A stretch of DNA of 42,620 nt from IMG/VR virus record IMGVR_UViG_3300036719_002804; one strand, given 5' to 3'. The DNA is from a virus. Positions 16,823-27,400 of the stretch are shown here, in pieces; the first letter of the stretch is position 1; every line of letters starts with the position of its first letter. The translations under genes and the position numbers were made by a program. The notes below the pieces were generated by a model, which worked only from the letters and a program-made list of their open reading frames with translations, did not search any database and was not told the DNA's origin.

Positions 16823-17631
16823 TGGTTGGCATGACCCCACTGATCGGCTCCTTGGCGATGGGCGGGGCGAACGCCCTGCTGGGGATGTTCGGCGCCGGCC
16901 AGCAGCAGGCTGCAGCGCAGCAGGACTGGCTGAACCAGCGCGCTCAACAGGATGCCAACACCCAATTCGCCCAGTGGCAGGCGGGCTTCAACCAGCGACT
17001 GACGGACGCCAACCAGCAGCACAGCTACTGGCAGGCAACGCTGGCGCACAACCAGCAGCTGGCCTATGTGAACAGCCTGCGCAACTTCGAGCTGAGCAGG
17101 GCAATCGCCCAGGCCGAGGTGGTGGGCCAGACCAGGGCGGCAGCGGGCGCGGACTTTGCGCTGCAGTCGCAGGCGCTGAGTCAGCAGTTGGTCGAGACCT
17201 CGATGGCCGATGCCGTGGCCTACCAGCAGTACCAGGTGGCGGCGCTGAAGGCGCGGTCCACCGTGGCGGCCAGCGGGCAGGAGGGGAGCAGCATCGACCG
17301 GCTGATCAACGACTACGCCCGGCAGCAGGGCGACTTCGCCGCGATCCAGCAGATCAATGAGGGGTTGCGCAACAGGCAGTTCAGCCGGGCCCAGACCGCG
17401 CAGGTGACGCAGTACCTGAGCCAGTACAACAGCCAGCAGTTCTACGAGCAGCAGCCGTACCTGGAGCCGATGGCGCCGTTCCAGCCGCTGCCCACGCTGC
17501 TGATGCCGGCGGCACCCACCTTCACCGGCACGGGCCCCAGCCGTAGCGCTGGCGTGCTCAATGGCCTCACCGGCCTGATGGGCGGGGTGCAGGCCGGGCT
17601 GAGCACCTTCGGCACCCTGAGCAACATCTGA
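16822..17631 (+). CDS. Internal virion protein B, T7 gp14-like
   Basis: Gly/Ala-rich N-terminus and Q-rich coiled coil. EGSSIDRLINDYARQQGDF parallels T7 gp14 EGSSMDRIKRVTEGQFIRE. Confidence 0.7.
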   Translation: MVGMTPLIGSLAMGGANALLGMFGAGQQQAAAQQDWLNQRAQQDANTQFAQWQAGFNQRLTDANQQHSYWQATLAHNQQLAYVNSLRNFELSRAIAQAEVVGQTRAAAGADFALQSQALSQQLVETSMADAVAYQQYQVAALKARSTVAASGQEGSSIDRLINDYARQQGDFAAIQQINEGLRNRQFSRAQTAQVTQYLSQYNSQQFYEQQPYLEPMAPFQPLPTLLMPAAPTFTGTGPSRSAGVLNGLTGLMGGVQAGLSTFGTLSNI

Positions 17632-20516
17632 TGGCACTCCCCCAGAACCAGATCAGGCCCCAGGCCCAGCCGCTGAGCACCTTCATTCAGCCCGCACGGC
17701 GGAATGTCGCGGGGCCAGCAGGGCCGATCGAGATCCCCCGGGTGCAGCAGATCAATGTGATCGGCCAGGCCAGCGGCGGCGATGCACCGGGGGTCAACCG
17801 TTTCCAGCAGGTGGCGCAGGCACTGGCGCCGTTCAACCAGCAGCTGACACAGCTGATGGGCACCGGCCTGCAGGTCTACGCCCAGGCCGAGGTGCAGAAG
17901 GGCGTGAACGAAGCGCTGCGGGCCAAGGCCCTGCTGGAGGAGCAGCAGGCCCAGTCGGGCGCCGAGTACGCAGCCGAGAACCGCAAGCTGGCGCAGGCCG
18001 ACCCGATCGCTGCGCTGGCGATGGATACGGTCAACCCGTTCCGGCAGGCGGGGCGGCAGCGGACGCTGGCGCGGCTGGCCGGGGCCGAGATGCGCACCTC
18101 CCTGCTCAACTCCTACCGGGCCAACCCCGATCTGGTGCTGATCAACCCGGGCACACCCGAGGGCGCGGCAGAGCTGGGGCGGTTCAAGGCAGCCGAGGTG
18201 ACCAAGGTTGCCCAGAAGTACGGGGTGGATCAAAGCTCCCCGGGCTTCACGCAGTTTGTGGCGCCCGAGGTCAACCAGGCCTGGGATCGCATCACCGAGG
18301 TCCAGTGGCAGGACCGCAAGAACTACCTCACCAGCACCATCCCGCGGACGGCGACTGCCGAGATCCTGGGGATCTACCAGGCAGCGGTGAGCCTCAAGCA
18401 GATCGAGGTGTTTGACCCCGATGGCCGCCAGCGGATTGTTCGCCAAGAAGATGGCCCCGAGGTGTGGGAGCAGGCGCTGACGAGTCGCTTCCAGCTGGTG
18501 CTTTCGCGCATCAGGGACGAGACAGGGCTGCCGGGCCAGGCCACGCAGTTGGTGCAGGAGACCGTCGCCAACGTGCTCGCGCAGGCTGAGGCATTTGGCC
18601 TGGGCCAGCTGAGGCGGGTCATGGCCTTCGCCCAGGTGGGCCCGCCTAACGCCGACGGCCAGCCCGGCCAGCTGGCGGGGATGATGTTCCCCGACGTGTT
18701 CCTCGATCAAGAGATCAAGTACGGGGAGGTCAAGTACAAGCGCGACCAGCGGAGGCGGGAGGATCTCAGCAGGGGGTACCAGGACGACCTGGCCCAGCTC
18801 ACCTACTCGATGCCCGATGGGCCGGAGCGGCTGGCAGCGATCGAGAAGCTCCGCGCCAGCGAGGATTACAAGGGGCTGGGCAATTTCGAGAAGCTGGAGC
18901 TGGAGCAGAAAAGCAGCGCCACGATCGACGCAGTGCGCAACTTGGGCCGCAGCAGTGAAGGAGTCGAGCAGCTGCTGCTCGACATGGACGGCCGCTATGG
19001 CACCGCCTGGGATCCCAGCCAGGCCGATGCCGAGATCGAGGCCGCCCTGGCCGCCGCCCCAGACGACAAAAAGGCCGAGCTGCGCCGCCAGTACGCCGCC
19101 ATCCGCCGGCGCAACAACGAGCAGAAGGCCTCACCCACCGCACCGCAGGCCAATGCGGTGATCGAGCGGACGATCAAGGCCAACCTCAGGGCCGCCTACC
19201 CCAACTCGGTCACCGAGGCCGCCTTGCGCGGGGTGAGCGTCGAGAGCGTGATGGCCGGCTGGACCGATGCCAACGTGGCCGAGTCGGCACGGCGGCAGTT
19301 CAGCGCCTTCCAGTCCCACATCAACAACCGGATTGCGGAGGAGCAGGGCAAGCTGGGCCGCCCGCTCACCCCGGCCGAGGTGACCCAGGTGTCCAGCCGG
19401 GCGGTGGAGGAATACGGCAAGAGCACCCCATCGGCCCGCCAGTACCTGTTCCCCGGTGTCGGCGGTGTCCCCGGCGCACAGGGGGCCCCGGCCCAGCCCG
19501 CTGCAGCAGGGCAGCAGAGCAGCGGCCCGCCACCTGGCACCAAGCCATTCACCGGCAAGACCTACCCCAGCAGCCAACTCGACAACATCCCCGACCGTCG
19601 GGCGCTGCTGCAGAGCTGGCGCAACCAGCCGGTGCTCGATGCCCAGTCGGTGGTGAACGAGGGCAACCGGATCCTGAATGGCCAGCAGCCCAGCGCAGCG
19701 CTCCAGCGCTTTGCCCGTGAAGCCGGCACCACCCCGGGCCAGCTGATCAATCGCCACCTGGACTACTACCCCGGCATGGAAATGACACCACAGGAACGGC
19801 AGCGGCTGATGCGCGACGGGCGCCAGGCCCAGGGCGCGGCCAGCAATGCGCAGAGCACGGCGGCCCGCCGCGGCAACCCCACCCCTGGCCCAGTCGCAGC
19901 CGCTGGCGGCTGGCTGATGGACATGCTGCTGGGCGCCCGGCCTGCAGTGGCGGCCCAGCAGTCTTTGTCGTCAGCGGTGGGGATGGGCGGCGGTCAGCAG
20001 GTGGCGGCCCGAGGGAGTGGCGGCGCTTCGGGCCTCCTGGGGCTGATCCGTAGCGGCGAAGGCGACTGGAACTCGGTCAACTTCGGCACGGTGAACAACG
20101 CCGGCCGGGGGATCGGCACCATCACCAACCGCTCGATCGGCTCGCTTGAAGCGATGCAGAACAGCAGGCAGGTGTTTGCCGTCGGCGCCTACCAGTTCAC
20201 CCCGGGCGTCCTGGCCCTGGCCCGCCGCGAAGCAGGCCTGCCGCCCGCCGCCCCCTTCTCCCCCGCCAACCAGGACAAGATGGCGATGGCGCTGCTCACT
20301 GGCTCGAAGCGGCCAGCACTGGCCAACTACCTGACCGGCCGCAGCAGCGACTTGAACGCTGCCCACTGGGAAGTCGCCAGGGAATGGGCGGCGCTGCAAG
20401 CCCCCAATGGACGGGGCGTCTACGACGGCGACAGCGCAGGCAACAGGGCCAGCATCCCTGCTGCGCGAGTGCGGGAAATGCTGATCCAGGCCCGCCGGGG
20501 AATCTCCGGGAGGTAA
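17631..20516 (+). CDS. Large internal virion (ejection) protein with a C-terminal lambda-lysozyme-like lytic transglycosylase domain
   Basis: T7 gp15/16 position. The C-terminus (about 20030..20500) has SGEGDWNSV...VGAYQFTPG...FSPANQDKMAMALL...EWAALQ, resembling the GH104/lambda R pattern SEG...GRYQL...FSPxxQDxxA...WASLP. Confidence 0.65.
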   Translation: MALPQNQIRPQAQPLSTFIQPARRNVAGPAGPIEIPRVQQINVIGQASGGDAPGVNRFQQVAQALAPFNQQLTQLMGTGLQVYAQAEVQKGVNEALRAKALLEEQQAQSGAEYAAENRKLAQADPIAALAMDTVNPFRQAGRQRTLARLAGAEMRTSLLNSYRANPDLVLINPGTPEGAAELGRFKAAEVTKVAQKYGVDQSSPGFTQFVAPEVNQAWDRITEVQWQDRKNYLTSTIPRTATAEILGIYQAAVSLKQIEVFDPDGRQRIVRQEDGPEVWEQALTSRFQLVLSRIRDETGLPGQATQLVQETVANVLAQAEAFGLGQLRRVMAFAQVGPPNADGQPGQLAGMMFPDVFLDQEIKYGEVKYKRDQRRREDLSRGYQDDLAQLTYSMPDGPERLAAIEKLRASEDYKGLGNFEKLELEQKSSATIDAVRNLGRSSEGVEQLLLDMDGRYGTAWDPSQADAEIEAALAAAPDDKKAELRRQYAAIRRRNNEQKASPTAPQANAVIERTIKANLRAAYPNSVTEAALRGVSVESVMAGWTDANVAESARRQFSAFQSHINNRIAEEQGKLGRPLTPAEVTQVSSRAVEEYGKSTPSARQYLFPGVGGVPGAQGAPAQPAAAGQQSSGPPPGTKPFTGKTYPSSQLDNIPDRRALLQSWRNQPVLDAQSVVNEGNRILNGQQPSAALQRFAREAGTTPGQLINRHLDYYPGMEMTPQERQRLMRDGRQAQGAASNAQSTAARRGNPTPGPVAAAGGWLMDMLLGARPAVAAQQSLSSAVGMGGGQQVAARGSGGASGLLGLIRSGEGDWNSVNFGTVNNAGRGIGTITNRSIGSLEAMQNSRQVFAVGAYQFTPGVLALARREAGLPPAAPFSPANQDKMAMALLTGSKRPALANYLTGRSSDLNAAHWEVAREWAALQAPNGRGVYDGDSAGNRASIPAARVREMLIQARRGISGR

Positions 20517-20519
20517 CCC

Positions 20520-23500
20520 ATGCCCATCAAGTTCACCGGCTCCGGCCAGCCTGTTGTCCCCGACAAGCCGCAGCAGGCACCCAAGTACACCGACCAGAAC
20601 CGCCCGCTCGGTTCGCGCTCCGTCCTGGGCGGCCGCCAGGTGGTGTGGGCTGGCCCCGATTGGCGGTGGCAGTCCCCCGCCAGCTACCAGCGGCTGCAGA
20701 GCACCGGCAAGCTCAACCGCTCGCCCTGGAGCAACCCGCTCGGGGCGATCAAGAACGAGCTCAAGTACATCGGCAAGCAGATCGGCGACACCAACCGCCG
20801 CAACCCCCAGGGCTTCGGCGGCCGGGTGCGGCAGGCGGTGACCGGCTCGCTCCCCGGCCTGAATGTGATGAACGTGCTGCCCACCATCGCGGGGCAGACC
20901 GGCCGCAACATCAACGCAGCGCTCACCGTGGGGGCCGCCGAGAACGCCGGCAAGCTGGTGGCGGCCGCCACGCAGGAGCTGCGCGGCAAGCCCGCCAACC
21001 CGGAAGGCAGCAGGCCCGGCAACTTCATCGAGCGGGTGAGCCAGGCCGGCTACCGGGTGATGGGCGCCACCCCGCCCGGGCAGCAGAACGAGTTTGAGCG
21101 GGGCCTGGATGCCACCGCCCGCAGCGTTGGCGCCTCCGTGATCGCCACCGCTATAGCCGTGAAGGCCATCCCTGCCATTGGCGTTGGCGCCACGGGGGCG
21201 GTGATCACCGCCGGCGCACGCTGGGCCGCTGGCGAGCTGCTGGCCACCTTCGCGGACGACAACCGCGGCGGCAACCTGGCCAACCTGGGCGATGCCTTCG
21301 GGATGAAGCTGCCCCTGTCGGTTGACGTGGGCGAGGACGACTGGATCGACTCGGCCATCAAGAGCCTCATCCCCAACGCCTTGCCCGGCGTGGCCATCAG
21401 CGGCGTGGGCGAGGTGGCGGCCGGGGTGACGCGCAGCCCAGGCATCATCAGCTCCCTGCGCAACAGCAAGCGGTGGACCGCCAGCAACCGCAAGGTGGCC
21501 GAGATCACGGACGCCCGCGCACAGCTGGAGCAGGCCGGGGTCACGATGACCGACCCGGACACGGGCGCGATTGCGCTGCGCACGTCCGAGATCGAGGCAG
21601 AGGCGACAGCGCAGGCAGAGATCGACAGGTGGATTGGCGGCGGCGGTGAGCGCCCCCCGGCGGCGCCGGCCCTGCCTGCTGCCGAGCCCACCCCCACTGC
21701 AGCGCCGGCCCTGCCTGCTGCGGCCGATGCCCAGCCACCCAAGGCGGCCGAGCCCGGGGCGGCCGGCGGCGGCCAGCTCGAGGTGGAGGGGGTCGAGGAC
21801 AGCCCGTTCGAGATGATCTACGACCCCAAGCTGCCTGAGGCAGACGTGGTGTTCAATCTGGTGCGGGACCTGGACGACGACCAGCTGCAGATGCTGGTGA
21901 GCCAGCCGGGGCCAGTGGTGGAGCAGCTCGATCAGATGCTGCAGGAACGGCAGGCAATGCCGGTGCGGCCGGAGCTGGCGCAGGGTGCGGTGATGGCCCC
22001 GAGCGAGAACATCGCCGAGCGACTGGACCCCAATGGCCAGCCGATCCCCTACGAGGCCACGCTGGAGGCCATGCCGATGGACACGCTGCGGAGCGCGGCG
22101 GCACCAGACAACAACCCCGAGCTGTCACGGCTGATCGGCGACCTGACCGGCCGCGACTGGGAGGAGTTCACCAAGGCAGACATCATCGAGGGCCTGGCCG
22201 CCTACCAGCAGCAGACCGGCCAGAGCCTGCTGGTGCGCGACTGGAACCAGGGGATGCGACCCACGACCGAGATCGCGGCCGACCCCGAGCGGTTCCAGTT
22301 CAAGCAGGGCGTGAACGAGCAGGGCGAGCAGCTGGGCAGCAGCCTCGCTGGCGTGAACCGGTGGGACACCAATGCCGAAGGGGTGCTCGATGTGTGGACC
22401 GATCCGGCCGATGGCCGCACCTATGTGGTGAACGGCCACAACCGGCTGGCGCGGGCGCTGCAGCTGGGCATCCCCACCGCGCCGGTGCGCGAGCTGCCGG
22501 CGGCCACCGCCCAGGAGGCCCGGGCCATGGGGGCCCTGTCGAACATCAAGGCCGGCCAGGGCACGGTGTTCGATGCGGCCAAGTTCATGCGCGACAGCGG
22601 GATCACCAGCCCCGACCAGCTGCAGCAGATGGGTGTGCCGATGAGCAGCGGCAATGCGGCCCGCGGGCTGGCGCTGGCGCAGCTGCCGGACAACATCTTT
22701 CAGGCTGCAGTGGATGGCCGGCTGTCGGTGGGCAAGGCGGCCTCCCTGGGCGGCAGCGGGCTGGATGACGACGGGATGCAGGCAGCGTTCAAGGCCCTGG
22801 GCAGCCGGGACATGAGCGATGCCAAGTTCAGCGAGGTCATCCAGCAGGTGCAGACCACCCCGCGGATGAAGGTGGACGACGGCCAGACCAAACTCCCGTG
22901 GGGCGACGAGCCGGCGATCCTGCTGCTGGAGCAGAAGGCCGACCTGGTGGTGAAGATCCGCCAGGACCTGCTCAAGGACAAGCGCTTCTTTGGCACGGCC
23001 GCCAAGGGCGCCGGCCGGCTGGAGCAGGCGGGCAACAAGATCAACGTGGCCGGCAACAAGGCCATTGCGGCCGACACCGACACGGTGTTGCGCACCTTCG
23101 ACCAGCTCAAGTACACAGAGGGCCCCGTCAGCGACCTGCTGAACGACGGCGCCCGCCAGATCGCCGAGGGCGCCAAGCCTGGCGTGATCGCTGATCGGAT
23201 CCGCGGCGACATCGCCGAGGCCGTCCGCCGCAGCCTCGATGAGCAGGGGATGCCCACCCAGCGGCCGACGGGGGCCGTGCCGACCGATGACGGCTTCGAC
23301 CTGGAAGCAGAAATGGCGGACAGCGCACGCGCCAGGGAGGAGGCCGATGCCGTGTTCGCCGAAGCGGATGACCTCCTGGCCGGGATGCGAGAGAACACCG
23401 GCCGCATGGCCGAAAACGCCCGCCGGATGCTTGAGGTATCGGCCGGCATCGACGACATCGACGGGGCCGTGCCGACCGATCGGATCGTGCCCAGCCCCCG

Positions 23501-24470
23501 CGTCCTCTCCCCCGAGGAGCGCGCTGCGCTGCAGATCCAGGCCGTGCAGAAGGCCGCCGACCAGGCCGAGATCCGCCCACCCGAGACCCCCATCCCCGAG
23601 CTGCCCGATGGGCCCAGCGTGCGGCCCGATGTGGCCCGTGCCGATCTGGAAGCCCGTGGCCAGCTGGAGCCCGGCAGCCCCGCTGCGCAGGCCGCTGCGG
23701 ACGAGCTGCGGCTGGGGCTGGAGTTCGCCGAGCGCGATGCGCAAATGCAGGCGATTGCGCGGGAGGGCGCCCGCGATGCGATGGATTACGAGCTGCTCAC
23801 CTTCGAGCAGAAGAAGGAGCTGGGCATGGCGGATGGGTATGACCTGGTGCCGCCGGGCCAGACCCTGATCCACGGCACATCCCAGAAAGCTGCCGACTCG
23901 ATCATGGAGGGCGGCTTCCGCCCGTCACGGGTCAAGGCCGGCGGCGCGCTGCTGGGGGATGGGGTCTACATGGCCACCGACTCCCGTTACGCCGGTGCCT
24001 ACGGGAAGGTTGCCGTGGGAGGGGAGGTGCCGGAGGGCGCCCGCATCCTCGACCTGGTGGGCCAAGGCAAGACCGTTTCGGACTTCGCCGAGGAGATCGG
24101 CGTGGGCCGGCCGGCGGATGTGTTCGAGGGCGAGCGGTATTTCAACGATGCGCAGCAGACCCGGGTGCGGCAGTGGGCCGTGGACAACGGCTACGACGGC
24201 ATCAAGTTCGACCCCGCCTTTGACGAGGTGGGCGCAGGGGCCAGTGAGGTAGTGATCTACAACCTCGACCTGGCGAACCGGATGGTGGGGTCGAAAGCAG
24301 GCCTGGCCCCGCCGCCGGTGCGGCCCGAGCCGATGAGGCTGACGGATGGCGACGAGCCGCCAGTCAAGCCCCGCAGCAAGGCCGCCGACCAGGCCGCCCG
24401 CAAACAGATCGAGGCCAACGAACAACGCATGGCCGAGATCCGCCGTCAAGCTCAACAGGAGGGCTGCTGA
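20520..24470 (+). CDS. Polyvalent internal virion protein: central ParB-like domain plus C-terminal PARP-like ADP-ribosyltransferase domain
   Basis: ParB-like region at about 22265..22520 (DPERFQFKQ...GRTYVVNGHNRLARALQLGIPTAPV). ART-like region at about 23850..24275 (LIHGTS...GDGVYMATDSRYAGAY...ASEVVIYN, an H-Y-E pattern). GGGAGG RBS. Lies among the gp14-16-like genes. Confidence 0.6.
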   Translation: MPIKFTGSGQPVVPDKPQQAPKYTDQNRPLGSRSVLGGRQVVWAGPDWRWQSPASYQRLQSTGKLNRSPWSNPLGAIKNELKYIGKQIGDTNRRNPQGFGGRVRQAVTGSLPGLNVMNVLPTIAGQTGRNINAALTVGAAENAGKLVAAATQELRGKPANPEGSRPGNFIERVSQAGYRVMGATPPGQQNEFERGLDATARSVGASVIATAIAVKAIPAIGVGATGAVITAGARWAAGELLATFADDNRGGNLANLGDAFGMKLPLSVDVGEDDWIDSAIKSLIPNALPGVAISGVGEVAAGVTRSPGIISSLRNSKRWTASNRKVAEITDARAQLEQAGVTMTDPDTGAIALRTSEIEAEATAQAEIDRWIGGGGERPPAAPALPAAEPTPTAAPALPAAADAQPPKAAEPGAAGGGQLEVEGVEDSPFEMIYDPKLPEADVVFNLVRDLDDDQLQMLVSQPGPVVEQLDQMLQERQAMPVRPELAQGAVMAPSENIAERLDPNGQPIPYEATLEAMPMDTLRSAAAPDNNPELSRLIGDLTGRDWEEFTKADIIEGLAAYQQQTGQSLLVRDWNQGMRPTTEIAADPERFQFKQGVNEQGEQLGSSLAGVNRWDTNAEGVLDVWTDPADGRTYVVNGHNRLARALQLGIPTAPVRELPAATAQEARAMGALSNIKAGQGTVFDAAKFMRDSGITSPDQLQQMGVPMSSGNAARGLALAQLPDNIFQAAVDGRLSVGKAASLGGSGLDDDGMQAAFKALGSRDMSDAKFSEVIQQVQTTPRMKVDDGQTKLPWGDEPAILLLEQKADLVVKIRQDLLKDKRFFGTAAKGAGRLEQAGNKINVAGNKAIAADTDTVLRTFDQLKYTEGPVSDLLNDGARQIAEGAKPGVIADRIRGDIAEAVRRSLDEQGMPTQRPTGAVPTDDGFDLEAEMADSARAREEADAVFAEADDLLAGMRENTGRMAENARRMLEVSAGIDDIDGAVPTDRIVPSPRVLSPEERAALQIQAVQKAADQAEIRPPETPIPELPDGPSVRPDVARADLEARGQLEPGSPAAQAAADELRLGLEFAERDAQMQAIAREGARDAMDYELLTFEQKKELGMADGYDLVPPGQTLIHGTSQKAADSIMEGGFRPSRVKAGGALLGDGVYMATDSRYAGAYGKVAVGGEVPEGARILDLVGQGKTVSDFAEEIGVGRPADVFEGERYFNDAQQTRVRQWAVDNGYDGIKFDPAFDEVGAGASEVVIYNLDLANRMVGSKAGLAPPPVRPEPMRLTDGDEPPVKPRSKAADQAARKQIEANEQRMAEIRRQAQQEGC

Positions 24471-24472
24471 CC

Positions 24473-27400
24473 ATGGCCAACAACTGCAACGACTTCCAGG
24501 AGCAGCTGCTGAAGCTGCAGGAGCAGAACGCTCAGCTGCAGAAAGACCTCGAAGCATCCGAACGCGCACGCAAGGCCGGCGAACAGTTCCTCAAAGACGA
24601 GGTGAAGCGCCAGTTCGTCATCCCCATGCAGGACGGCACCTCGCGCTCGATCAGCGATGCGGAGATCAACCGGGCCTACCACGACTATGTGTCGCGCATG
24701 AGCTCCGACGAGCTGGACCGGATGGTGCAGCGGGGCCTGGGCAACCGCGCCAAGCCCGTCGGCGCCGAGGGCCGCTTCGTCAACTACCGGCAGCTGATCG
24801 ACAACGCCAACATCCAGAACGCCGAGGACTACGCCAAGCTCAGCGAGGCACTGACTGGCGCCTGGAAGGAGCTTGACCCGGACGACTTTGTCTTCGTGAC
24901 CGAGGTGTACGGCCGTGAGCGGCTGCTGCAGTCCGTCGCCGATGCCTACAAGGAGTTCACCGATGCCGACACGATCGCCGCTGCCCTGGCCAACAACGCC
25001 GCGGCCTTCACCACCCTGGCCGAGCGGATGACTCGCCTGCGGTTCCTGTCGGAAACCGCCAAGACCAGCTACCTCGACACGCTCAAGGCCGTGACCGAGT
25101 ACATGCGAACCACGTCCAGGGCGGTTGTGGCTGAGGAGCTCAAGGAAGGGTCGGGGGATCTTGGGCGCCGCGTTCACAGCTCTTACAAGCTGGCAAAGAT
25201 GGCTCACCGGCACGTCAACATGGCCAAGCGCCGCACCGGCCAGGCGCTTCGCAGCCTGCAGGAGGACTTCGCCGCACCCGATAACTTCCGGGTGGACATG
25301 ACCGAGGCCGAGCAGACGATCGGCGCATCCGCCCGCGACATTCGCTCTGACGAGCACTTCGGCCGGGTGATGGAAGCGATCGACAACGGCAAGACGAACC
25401 CGACCAAGGCGGCAGAGCAGATCGAGCAGCTGCGCATCGCCGCCATGGTGGATGGCATCGACCCCGGATCGCCGCTGGACAAGGGCTGGGAGAACCCTCA
25501 CCTGCGCTTCGGCAATGCGCTGGTGAAGGACAGCCAGCTGCAGAACTTCGGCAGCCAGGTCAAGGCCAACCTGATGGGCACCTGGCTGGCCAACACCCAC
25601 GGCTTCATCCACCAGTCGTTCGAGAACATCGGCAACCTGACCCCCCACGGCACCCGGTTCAGCCGTGAAGCGTTCGGCGAGGGCCTGCGCATCGCCTGGG
25701 AGAGCGCGGCCTACAGCCACAATGCGGTGCGGCGCAGCTGGCGCGAGCTGGCGGCCGATTCCTTCCTCCGCGGCGATGCACCGTTCGGCGGCAACCTCGA
25801 CACCTACGGCAGAAGCAGCAGCAACAACGAGCAGCTGCTGGGTCAGGTGCAGGCGATCATCGAGCAGCCGTACCGCCCCGGCGGCCCGCTGCGGCCCGAG
25901 AACTGGGCCAGCACCGTCCACAAGATCCAGGCTGGCGTGGCCATGCTCCGCTACCACTGGAGCGGCAAGAACCCGGCGATGCTCACCCCCGCGCTGCGGG
26001 CGATGAGCGCCACCGACAGCGTGCTGGGCTACGACGCCTTCGCGTTCAAGCTGAAGAACGACCTGGAGATCAAGGCCCGCCGCGATGGCGTGCAGCTGGG
26101 CCTGCTAGATCAGCGCACCCGCGACGAGTGGGTAACGAAGCAGATGGAGGAGGCCTTCTACCAGGCCGCCCCCACCGAGGCGAACGTCAAGGCCTTCCGC
26201 CGGCAGCACAAGCTCAAAGGCAGCGACATCACCGACGACGAGATCAAGGCGATCATCACCGCCGAGCGGGTGCGGCAGACCTACGGCCGCCCCACGCTGG
26301 ACACGCCAGAGGCGCAGGAGGCAATGGCCTACTCGCTCAGGAACCGGATGCAGGCAGCGCCCGAGGGCGGTCTGCCTGGCGCCATCGACACGGCCGTGAT
26401 GGAAGCGCGCAAGCACTGGGCCGTCGATGCGCTGGTGCCCTACTGGCGGGCGCCGTTCAACCAGTTCCTGTTCGACACCCGCCTCACCTTCGGGCCGCTG
26501 GCGGAAACGATCGAGATTATCTTCGACAAGAACCCCACCAAGGAGCAGATCGCCAAGGTGCAGGCCGGCTGGGTGGTGACCGGCGGCCTGCTGGGCCTGT
26601 TCGCCGGGCTGGACATGATGGGCCTGATCGAGGGCAACGGGCCGCTGGAGCCGAACGCCCGCCGCGCCTGGCTGCTGGAAGGCAACAAGCCAAACACCCT
26701 CGCCGGTGTGCCCTACCTGGGCGGCCTGCCGATCCTCAACACGCTGTTCCTGTGGAAGGACATCAAGGAAACCTTCGTCAGCGGCACATACAGCAACTTC
26801 GACCAGAACAAGGCTTGGTGGGGGATCGCCCAGGTGCTCACCAGTCAGCTGATCCGCCAGACCGGCTTCGGCCAGCTGCAGCGGCTGGTGGATGCGCTGC
26901 TCGACCCAGAGCAGCAGATGCCCCGGCTGGTGCAGTGGCTCGGCCAGGGCCAGCTGCCTGGCAGCGGCATCATGCGCGGCCTGCAGCGGGCCACCGGCTC
27001 CAATGCCACCGACTTCTACCGGGACGAGCTGCCCAATGCGACCGAGCGGGCAATGCTGGGTGAGGACGACCCGGCAGCCCAGATCGAGCGCAACCTGCGC
27101 AACCTGGCCTTCGGCACCATTCCCCTGCTGGGCCTCCCCGGCGGCGCACCGCGCAAGGAGCAGGACTTCCTGGGCCAGCCCATCCGGCTGGAGTTCGGCG
27201 CCGACTGGGCCGAGGCGATGAAATCCCGCTTCCACCCGCGCATGTGGCCCCGCGCCAACCAGCGGGTCTATGCCGAGCTCGACGCCCAGGGCCGCCTCAC
27301 CCTGCCCGGGCCACTGCTCACCCGTCAGCTGGAGGGGGTATCGATGAGCAGCGAGCTGCAGAAGGAGTACAACGACACCTTCGGCACCGTGAAGGGCAAC

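Noticed and set aside
21663-21721. A 20-bp direct repeat GCGCCGGCCCTGCCTGCTGC (21663..21682 and 21702..21721).
   Set aside because: It is an in-frame duplication encoding APALPAA in a Pro/Ala-rich linker of the polyvalent protein. It is probably just linker low-complexity sequence.
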